Below are positions 32,722 through 39,324 of a DNA stretch of 64,000 nucleotides, one piece after another. Within the stretch, counting starts at the first letter, position 1; every line of letters begins with the position of its first letter. The position numbers and the translations under genes are program-made. The stretch lies in the IMG/VR virus record IMGVR_UViG_3300050014_000823, positions 186,001 through 250,000 of that record. One strand, written 5' to 3'. Under the pieces are notes generated by a model that did not search any database, had not been told where the DNA came from, and worked only from the letters and a program-made list of their open reading frames with translations.

Positions 32722-33819
32722 TTATAGACTGAAATTTTTCTGCTTACGAGCCTTCTTACGAAGTTCGTTTACTTCCCTGTATGCGTCAGGATTAAACCTT
32801 TCACGCTTAACAACTGATACAAGGTGATTGAATTCGTTCTCAGTAATTACCTGTCCGATATAACCTTCTGCCTTGAGAACATAAGATTTGGGAGCACGGA
32901 GTGACTGAGACTGACCTTCGGTATCAAGTTTTGCTTCGAAGGTTAAATCAAGAATTTCTTGAATCTTTTCAGTAACATCAGCAGTCATTTTAGCTTTTGT
33001 CTGCTTCAATGCTCTTTCAAGCAAATCAACAACATTTTCCCTGTGAGTCTGCTTCAATTCCTCATATGTCTGAGTAAACTCATTCATAGTAGTTTTGTTC
33101 TTCAACTCACTAATAATTGCCAATGAACCGTAGCAGTCACGAATCATTAAATCCCATACCTGTTCAGCGTATGTGAATGAAGGAAACTTGTCTATTGCAA
33201 CAATCTCACCATCAATCAACACGATGATACCAATCAAGTTCTTTGGACGTTCAAAGTGTGCAATGAACTGTTCAAGTTTCTTGTCGAACTTCTCGAAGTA
33301 GATGTTCAAGTAGTTACCAGTACCAGACTTGGTATCTACACCTAACTTCTGAATAGCAGGGTAAATATTACCGTGACCTGATGTCTGACCAACTGCATCA
33401 AACAACATTTCACGCATAGATACGGGAATCATACGGAATTCCTGAGTTCCACGGAAGTATCCGGTCTGTCCACCTTGTACACAACCTGCGTCATGGAAAG
33501 TTGTCTGAGCACGTGGCTCAACATAACCAGCCTTTACCATACCGTGGTTCTGTGCCTGTTGCTTAGTTAAAACAGCCATCTGAGTAGGAAGAATAACTTC
33601 CTTATCCTGTTGGTTGGTAAACGTGATTTGACCATAGGTAGAGTTACTTGACACCAATGATGTCAAGGGATTCGCAAAGCGAGTATCCAATGAAAACTCA
33701 GCATCGGTTGTAAGGCATACAATCTGCATATTTAATATGCTTTGTACAATAATATTACCATCTTTATCTTTGACAGGACGGCAACCTTTCAATAATTCTG
33801 AAAAATCTTTTGTATTCAT
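32722..33819 (-). CDS. ARPP-1/DUF6569-like protein
   Basis: N......VILP......QAQNH......YV.P......AGCVQ.G core and a GIIVLIDGEIVAIDKF C-terminal segment; recognised from family patterns, not by search. Confidence 0.6.
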   Translation of the reverse strand: MNTKDFSELLKGCRPVKDKDGNIIVQSILNMQIVCLTTDAEFSLDTRFANPLTSLVSSNSTYGQITFTNQQDKEVILPTQMAVLTKQQAQNHGMVKAGYVEPRAQTTFHDAGCVQGGQTGYFRGTQEFRMIPVSMREMLFDAVGQTSGHGNIYPAIQKLGVDTKSGTGNYLNIYFEKFDKKLEQFIAHFERPKNLIGIIVLIDGEIVAIDKFPSFTYAEQVWDLMIRDCYGSLAIISELKNKTTMNEFTQTYEELKQTHRENVVDLLERALKQTKAKMTADVTEKIQEILDLTFEAKLDTEGQSQSLRAPKSYVLKAEGYIGQVITENEFNHLVSVVKRERFNPDAYREVNELRKKARKQKNFSL

Positions 33820-34376
33820 AACGTATTGATTTTAATGTTATTAATTTCACACTCTAATTTATATGCATTAAATGCTAATTCTTCTGTTTCAAATCTACCT
33901 AAAAATTTTGTTTTACCTTGAATGTTAATTCTTGAAATCCAAGGTTTTTGATATTTTTCTTTAACATACGATACTCCAACATATTTACTACTACTTTTCA
34001 TTTTTGTTCTCGCATGATGAGTATTTTCTCTTGAAGTGCACCATTCTAAGTTAGAAGAAAAATTATTTTTCTTATTTCTATCTTTATGATTTACTTCATC
34101 CAAATTATTTGGATTAGGAATGAATGCTTCTGCAATTAATCTGTGTAAACAAAATGCTTTATTTATACAATTTTTCGATAAAGTAACCAGCACATATTTA
34201 CCTTGATTAATAAACGTACCTTTCAACGAACCCTTCAGTCTTCGACTGACACCATTTCTGTTAATTTCATTTCTATCCAAACTTCTAACTCTTCCAAAAT
34301 TACTTATTTGATAATAACCCTCATATCCGACAACATCTTTCCAATTTTCAAACAATATTCTTGGGTAGTGAAACAT
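33816..34376 (-). CDS. NUMOD4-HNH-AP2 homing endonuclease
   Basis: WKDVVGYEGYYQISNFGRVRS (NUMOD4), HRLIAEAF...VNHKDRNKKNN (HNH), SKYVGVS...LGRF.TEELA..AY (AP2). Confidence 0.9.
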   Translation of the reverse strand: MFHYPRILFENWKDVVGYEGYYQISNFGRVRSLDRNEINRNGVSRRLKGSLKGTFINQGKYVLVTLSKNCINKAFCLHRLIAEAFIPNPNNLDEVNHKDRNKKNNFSSNLEWCTSRENTHHARTKMKSSSKYVGVSYVKEKYQKPWISRINIQGKTKFLGRFETEELAFNAYKLECEINNIKINTL

Positions 34377-34388
34377 ATTAATTTGCGT

Positions 34389-36032
34389 TTAAGCGTTTAC
34401 ACTAATTTTTTTAATTCTCTTAACAGGAGCAGCTTCAAGAGCAAGAACCTGGTTTTCAAGCCAACGTTTGGTGTCAATTTCAAGTAACCTTGCGTTAATC
34501 TGTGGCTGTAAAGCTGCAGGGTTGTTAATTGCCATTGTGACAACACCCTTACCTAAAGTCCTTACATTAGCACCCATTTCGGCACTGGTAATCGGTGAAA
34601 TCTGGAATGTTGGTACACTCCTTCCACTTTCTGCTTGCCAGATTGAGATAACTTCGTTAGTCAATCCATCGTAAGCGTTTTCGTAACCATCGGTTAAGAT
34701 GAAAATTGCATCGTATGGCTTTGAAGGGTTTTCTTCCTTCAAAAGTTCAATAAATGCACTTGCAATATCACTTGCAAAACCTTTAGTATCAACTCTGTTA
34801 GATTCCCTTGCAGATGCCATAAGAACCAATGAAGTGAAATCTGCAATTGCCCTTGGGGTATTCTTTGATTCGGTCTTGTCACCTGTCATTGAGATACTAC
34901 CGTCAACAATAATACCGATATTCTGGTAGAAGAAACCTGCAATTTTCTTTTTATCTGCAAGTTTTACAATTGCTGACCTTAATTCTGGTGTGAAAGTTGT
35001 TTCATAACCAGTTTTGTAAAGTGCAAGGAAGTCTGTTGCCTTTTCAACCTCAACGTGTTTTTCAACACCGAGTTTTGCGGTTGATTTGGTCTGACGGACC
35101 TGCTGGTTTACAGAAGTTACCTTCACATTCTTACGAATGAGTGCCTTTGTAGCTTCTCTCTGAACCTTAGTTGACCACAATGAGTGATACTGAGGGTGTG
35201 AAGTACTTGCAACCATACCGATAAGAACTTCTTCCGGTACTGAACTTACAGAAGTAATGTCAGTTTTTGCCTTCTGGTATTCTGACAAAAGTGGAAATTC
35301 GTTTGCAGGATACTGAACGCCAACAAAGTTAGCACCACAATCCCTCTTGAACAAGAACATCAATAACTTATATGCACGAGTATCACTACCGTTAAAGTAC
35401 TTGAGAATGTTCTTAGTTGCAATTGTCAATTCCTTGTCACTTCCGTACAAACCATTTGTGATTATGTTCTTCTGTGCAATTGAAAGCAATACTGATGTCT
35501 TTTTAACACCATAAACGTGACGTAAAATCTGAGCAATCTTGTTACGGTACTTCAATGAGTAGAATTCCAAGTTAGTTTGACCCCAGATAAAGCCAAGAAT
35601 GATTTTCCTTGACCTTTCGTTGTTAATCTTAGCATCCTTTAAGTCTACGAAAAGACGTAATACATATGGAAGACCGTTTTCACCCAAGTTGTTGAGTGCG
35701 GTAAGAACTGCCTTATCACTAAGACCATTATCATACCAGTCGATTGGATTAACAATATTACATGCGCCACCCTTCAAAGTATTTTTAAATTCGTTTAAAA
35801 GTACCTCAGACACGAACTGTCCAGTCGCACCCTTTTGACTTGCTATAATCAAAGGGAGTTCCTTAGAAAGACCGTACATCTTCTTGATTTCCTTCTGGAG
35901 AGCAATTGCTTGCTCATCCCTGCTGTGGTAGTAAGTTGCTGATGCTTTGCTACCTGATGCTGTGGTAAGACCGTCAATCAGTGTCTGTTTAACGCTTACA
36001 AGCATTTTCTGTGTTAATACCAACTTTTCCAT
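34389..36032 (-). CDS. Helical N-terminal domain plus C-terminal vWA domain protein (TROVE/Ro60-like architecture)
   Basis: MIDAS motifs IIVDGSISM and IFILTDGYEN; ~370-aa basic helical N-terminal region (INNERSRK, KYRNK); 547 aa, similar in size to Ro60. Confidence 0.65.
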   Translation of the reverse strand: MEKLVLTQKMLVSVKQTLIDGLTTASGSKASATYYHSRDEQAIALQKEIKKMYGLSKELPLIIASQKGATGQFVSEVLLNEFKNTLKGGACNIVNPIDWYDNGLSDKAVLTALNNLGENGLPYVLRLFVDLKDAKINNERSRKIILGFIWGQTNLEFYSLKYRNKIAQILRHVYGVKKTSVLLSIAQKNIITNGLYGSDKELTIATKNILKYFNGSDTRAYKLLMFLFKRDCGANFVGVQYPANEFPLLSEYQKAKTDITSVSSVPEEVLIGMVASTSHPQYHSLWSTKVQREATKALIRKNVKVTSVNQQVRQTKSTAKLGVEKHVEVEKATDFLALYKTGYETTFTPELRSAIVKLADKKKIAGFFYQNIGIIVDGSISMTGDKTESKNTPRAIADFTSLVLMASARESNRVDTKGFASDIASAFIELLKEENPSKPYDAIFILTDGYENAYDGLTNEVISIWQAESGRSVPTFQISPITSAEMGANVRTLGKGVVTMAINNPAALQPQINARLLEIDTKRWLENQVLALEAAPVKRIKKISVNA

Positions 36033-36086
36033 AGTGAATGTTTAAAAATTTACATTACAATTATTAATAAAAAACATTTCAGAGTG

Positions 36087-36116
36087 CAAATATACTATTA
36101 AATCTGAAACATCAAA
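36087..36116 (-). promoter_or_regulatory. Bacteroidota sigmaA-type promoter (TTTG-N18-TATATTTG) for the vWA-HNH-ARPP operon
   Basis: caaatata at 36087-36094 and caaa at 36113-36116. Confidence 0.65.
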
Positions 36117-36125
36117 ACATATTCG

Positions 36126-36186
36126 AAAAAAAAAACAAAAAAAATGGGCGAGTAGACACATTTCTATGTCAGTCCCCGCCCATTTT
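36126..36186 (-). terminator. Terminator closing the ncRNA operon
   Basis: aaaatgggcg...cgcccatttt stem followed by a long U-tract on the minus strand. Confidence 0.75.
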
Positions 36187-36216
36187 CTCTTCGAAAAACA
36201 CTTCTCTCTATTAAGG

Positions 36217-36310
36217 AGAAGAAGTTTAGTTGTAATTTGGTAAGTTTGTCCCTCTTCTTCATGAGAGGGATTACATTTTTCAATCTACTGTATTCACAAC
36301 AAGTTCTTCT
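36217..36310 (-). ncRNA. Handle-RNA unit 1 (Y-RNA-like; hairpin cargo)
   Basis: 5' AGAAGAACTT-GTTGTGA-ATACAGT pairs with 3' TTACAAC-TAAAC-TTCTTCT; internal TCCCTCT/AGAGGGA hairpin. Confidence 0.6.
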
Positions 36311-36552
36311 GTCAAATTGCTGCTTCAGGTGGCACGCTCCGAAGAACCCGACATCTACTCACAACAATATGTCTTTTTTTATGAAAAAATAAGCACTTCT
36401 GCTTAAAAAACCATTCTTAATCATCAAATGTTAGGCGACACGCCCCGTTTTTTGTAAAAAACACTCTGGTGCCGACAGCCTAAAAACTTCAAGCGGTGGG
36501 GTTTACTTGATTTAATTTAAATTTGGTTTAACCCTTACCACTTTTAAAACTT

Positions 36553-36707
36553 GGGGAACATTTTAATAGTATTTGTTGTTTTTCTTTTGATAGTTTAACT
36601 GACTATTGACTTTACCACTTGTCTACTTCCCCAAATTTGTTTTGTTATTTGTGGGGAAGGAAGGACTCGAACCTCCGATATTACTGTAAACACTTTTAGT
36701 TTTCCCT
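36553..36707 (-). ncRNA. Handle-RNA unit 2 containing a circularly permuted tRNA-Asn(GTT)-like domain (YrlA-like)
   Basis: Order on the minus strand: handle, T arm GGAGG-TTCGAGT-CCTTC, acceptor 3' CTTCCCC, linker, acceptor 5' GGGGAAG, D arm GAC-AAGTGGTAAA-GTC, arm ATAGT-CAGTTAA-ACTAT, handle complement. Confidence 0.75.
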
Positions 36708-36718
36708 TCGTATCTTCA

Positions 36719-36807
36719 CCCGAAAGTTTGTGTTGCCACAGGGACAGTCGGGAATTCCAGAAACACGGTTACTTTACTTTCGTAAGAGGCTTTTCCGTGC
36801 ATACCTG
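36719..36807 (-). ncRNA. Two GNRA-capped structured hairpins within the ncRNA operon
   Basis: CACGG..TTAC-GAAA-GTAA..CCGTG and CCCGA..TGTG-GCAA-CACA..TCGGG. Confidence 0.45.
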
Positions 36808-36816
36808 AAAAATTTG

Positions 36817-36925
36817 TGGGGAGAGCAGGCTTCGAACCTGCAAATCATTGAGTTCAAATCAATTGCTTTACCTTTTACTGAAAACACAATCAGTTCTCTC
36901 ATCTAAGAGAGCAGTGAGTATGTAT
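36817..36925 (-). ncRNA. Handle-RNA unit 3: hairpin-closed handle fused to the 3' two-thirds of a tRNA (anticodon loop TTTGAAC)
   Basis: CTCTC-ttagat-GAGAGAACTGATTGTGTTTTCAGT, then GGTAAAGC, ATTGA-TTTGAAC-TCAAT, GCAGG-TTCGAAG-CCTGC, TCTCCCCA. Confidence 0.6.
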
Positions 36926-37090
36926 ATTGAAATTGGATTATGGTCTACATGAGAATGAGCGTGTTATCAGCATAATCCTTAACCAACCTTATTTTCTCAA
37001 TTAGATGTAAAAACTCAAAAAAATCAATATATTTGATAAGTTTTCAATATAGCCATACGAATAAAGTTTTTTTAATTAAAAGTGGTTAAA

Positions 37091-37417
37091 ATGACAAATC
37101 AAACATTCAGTGGACAATTGGGTTTTGTTATTAAAAAAATCCACGCAATTAATAAAAGCGGAAAATGGTTCTATTTTTTTAGCAATACCGATATAACTAA
37201 TACTATTTCAAATAATTACAAAATAGTTGGTGTTGATGTTAATATATTCTCTATCACAAATAACTTAAAAACGTTAATTGATATTGTTGGCTCTTTGAAA
37301 ACCAATGATAATGAATTAAATGATTTATCTATAGAACCATACCCACTATTTAAAATTCCTGAAATAACTCAAGAGAATTCTTCTGAGGAATGGTATCTGA
37401 TATTTATTACAGGTTGA
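37091..37417 (+). CDS. Hypothetical protein (inserted in the ncRNA region)
   Basis: ORF only; overlaps the 3' end of an opposite-strand ORF. Confidence 0.35.
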   Translation: MTNQTFSGQLGFVIKKIHAINKSGKWFYFFSNTDITNTISNNYKIVGVDVNIFSITNNLKTLIDIVGSLKTNDNELNDLSIEPYPLFKIPEITQENSSEEWYLIFITG

Positions 37418-37639
37418 TGCCTTATCCCATTCTGGAATTAGATTAATTATTCTTTTAATATTTTTTTCTGGAGTCCAACAACTAAGTAATCCATTCTTAG
37501 TTATATCAATATTAAAGTAAACATGCAAAACATTATCACTTGAATAACCGTGATATTTATAGTATGCAAAGAACACTCTCCTTTCATACCATCGTAGTAG
37601 CCAATACATAAATTTATTAACTGGATTATATTTTTTCAT
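37346..37639 (-). CDS. Hypothetical protein (MKKYNPVNK...)
   Basis: ATG at 37639 preceded by a GTATTTATA motif at 37654-37662. Confidence 0.45.
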   Translation of the reverse strand: MKKYNPVNKFMYWLLRWYERRVFFAYYKYHGYSSDNVLHVYFNIDITKNGLLSCWTPEKNIKRIINLIPEWDKASTCNKYQIPFLRRILLSYFRNFK

Positions 37640-37661
37640 TATTGATATATAATTATAAATA

Positions 37662-37910
37662 CTAATAATAATTATTAGCAAAACCACCAATTGCCGTTTT
37701 GTTTAAAAAGAGTTTGTTCAATTCATCTTTACTGGGTAAATACCAATCGCTATAGCTACCTAATACCAAATCAGAACACAATTTTGCAGCATAGTTTCCT
37801 GCCCCCTGATTACTGACTACAGTGTTTGTGTTCGCATTTCCAGTTCCCAATCCTGTTGCTGTTGCCCCTGTTGTAGTATTAGTTCCATTATACCATTGTA
37901 TACCTGTACT
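37662..37910 (-). pseudogene. Fragment of a DUF1566/Lcl-C (C-type lectin fold) gene
   Basis: STGIQWYNG..TGATATGLGTG..NT...AAKLCSDL...YSDWYLPSKDELNKL...GGF.NNYY*; no in-frame ATG; stops where YWSS is expected. Confidence 0.65.
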
Positions 37911-37956
37911 ATAGTATCTTTTGTTTTATTTTTGCTATCTCCCCATATTAATACTT

Positions 37957-37968
37957 TGTTAAAGAACG
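37957..37968 (-). promoter_or_regulatory. boxA-like antitermination element (CGTTCTTTAACA)
   Basis: Near-match to the rrn boxA TGCTCTTTAACA; similar sites at 39006-39018 and 39168-39179. Confidence 0.55.
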
Positions 37969-37979
37969 TTTAAAAATTT

Positions 37980-38057
37980 AAGAAGAATTTCGTCAGTCTT
38001 GTTTTGTAGTTTTCTGATTTGCCGTCAAATTTACTGTAAACACCAACAGTTCTTCTT
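37980..38057 (-). ncRNA. Handle-RNA unit 4 (minimal)
   Basis: AAGAAGAACT-GTTGGT-GTTTACAGT ... ACTGAC-GAAA-TTCTTCTT; small TTTG-acgg-CAAA hairpin cargo. Confidence 0.6.
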
Positions 38058-38139
38058 TTATTTCTCGAAATCTATTGGCGCAGTCTTCTTGTGACTTACC
38101 TTTGTCGGAGTGTTATGCCGAGACCATTAAATTTCATTG

Positions 38140-38212
38140 TAGCGTTGGACAGGACTCGAACCTGTGATTCCGAGCTTATGAGGCTCGTGAGATGCCGCTT
38201 CTCTACCCCGCT
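38140..38212 (-). tRNA. tRNA-Met(CAT), initiator-like 5' end, imperfect acceptor stem, CCA not encoded
   Basis: AGCGGGG-TA-GAGA..TCTC, anticodon arm CGAGC-CTCATAA-GCTCG, T arm ACAGG-TTCGAGT-CCTGT. Confidence 0.8.
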
Positions 38213-38958
38213 ATATGCTTCTCAAAATTTTCAAATTCCTTTGTTACAAAGGATTTATCGAATTTTCCTAAATCTTTTATAACATATGGTTCATACCCAC
38301 AACCAATAATTTCTTTAATTTTTAATTTATCTCTATTCTCTGTTTGTAATAATGAATGATTTTTCGATATTTTCTTATAATGCCAAGCACCATTCCATAA
38401 TACTGCAATTTTATAATCTTCTATAATTACATCTGCATCCCATCCATTAAAAATTTGTTCATTACAAAGAACCAACTTAAATTTCTCACAACATAATTTA
38501 GCAAAATATATTTCGTTTTTACTTCTTTTATTTTGTGATTTTACAGAACATAAACCACCAATTCTTTCATACCCTTTCAGTGGCATTCGGAATTTTGTGG
38601 CACATGAATGTCCACAAAATCTTTGGTTTACTTTCTTCTGTTCAAAACTATTTTCACAATATTCACAATTAATAATTTTAACCTTTTTGTTTTTTAATGA
38701 AAGTTTATCTTTTGTTCCTTGTGAATGTACTCTCTTATTAGCACAGCCTCGTGAACAATAATATATTTTCTTTTGTGGGTGTAGTTTTTCACGTTCATTT
38801 ACAATAAAAATTTTAGCACATGAAATACATTTAACCGAATAATCAACAAACTTACCATATTTTTTATCATTTTTTTGAGTATTTTGAAACTCATTTTGAC
38901 AAGAAACATTACAAAATTTATTTTTTACCAATTTTCCACAATTCAAACAATTATTCAT
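38203..38958 (-). CDS. Putative homing endonuclease: CxxC zinc-finger repeats plus a PD-(D/E)XK/Vsr-like domain
   Basis: Three C..C...(F/Y)C...C repeats; WDADVIIEDYKIAVLWNGAWH; own late motif at 38972-38980; last codons overlap the tRNA-Met 5' end. Confidence 0.7.
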   Translation of the reverse strand: MNNCLNCGKLVKNKFCNVSCQNEFQNTQKNDKKYGKFVDYSVKCISCAKIFIVNEREKLHPQKKIYYCSRGCANKRVHSQGTKDKLSLKNKKVKIINCEYCENSFEQKKVNQRFCGHSCATKFRMPLKGYERIGGLCSVKSQNKRSKNEIYFAKLCCEKFKLVLCNEQIFNGWDADVIIEDYKIAVLWNGAWHYKKISKNHSLLQTENRDKLKIKEIIGCGYEPYVIKDLGKFDKSFVTKEFENFEKHIAG

Positions 38959-39028
38959 AATACATATTTATTATAAATACTGCGGACTTTTAAATCGAAC
39001 CATAGTTTTCAAAGAACATTATAAGGTA

Positions 39029-39154
39029 AAAAGGATAATTCGTTTGTTATTTTTGTTTTAAACAATGAGGTTTCGACACCCCAACATTCTGCCTGAAAAG
39101 CGGACACTCTACTTTGAGTTAATTGTATACTGTAATAACGAACAGTTTCCTTTT
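39029..39154 (-). ncRNA. Handle-RNA unit 5 enclosing a degenerate cloverleaf (anticodon loop TTTTCAG, Glu-like)
   Basis: AAAAGGAAACT-GTTCGTTATT-ACAGT ... AATAACAAAC-GAATTA-TCCTTTT; inside: ACAAT/ATTGT stem, ACTC-aaagta-GAGT D arm, TCCGC-TTTTCAG-GCAGA arm, degenerate T arm. Confidence 0.65.
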
Positions 39155-39167
39155 GTATTTTAAATCT

Positions 39168-39230
39168 TGTTAAAGAACATTTGTCATTTCGGACGATGCA
39201 AACATAATACACTTTTATTTAACATGCAAG
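39168..39230 (-). promoter_or_regulatory. SigmaA-type promoter (TTG-N20-TATGTTTG) followed by boxA-like TGTTCTTTAACA, driving the ncRNA operon
   Basis: caag 39227-39230, caaacata 39199-39206, tgttaaagaaca 39168-39179; a late-type motif also lies at 39276-39284. Confidence 0.65.
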
Positions 39231-39324
39231 TGTTTTCTGAAAAAAATTAAAAATATTTTTACTATCGTCTGGGATTATAAATACGTAATAGTTTTAAAAA
39301 AGTTACAAAAAAATATAAAAATTT

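Noticed and set aside
36311-36360. Possible riboswitch or ribozyme (SAM, c-di-GMP, hammerhead) in the GC-rich spacers
   Set aside because: Could not match the required conserved core sequences by eye; needs an Rfam scan
36841-36870. Suppressor tRNA (TCA anticodon) suggested by ttcaa on the + strand
   Set aside because: The T arm orientation shows the RNA is on the minus strand, where the loop reads TTTGAAC; the 5' acceptor strand is also missing
37662-37910. DGR template repeat
   Set aside because: No reverse transcriptase or matching variable region in the window, and the fragment ends before the usual variable C-terminal segment; kept only as a low-level lead
36217-39154. CRISPR array interpretation of the repeated ACAGT-handle motif
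   Set aside because: The repeats are degenerate and irregularly spaced, pair with their own distal 3' strands, enclose tRNA-like cargo, and have no cas genes in the window
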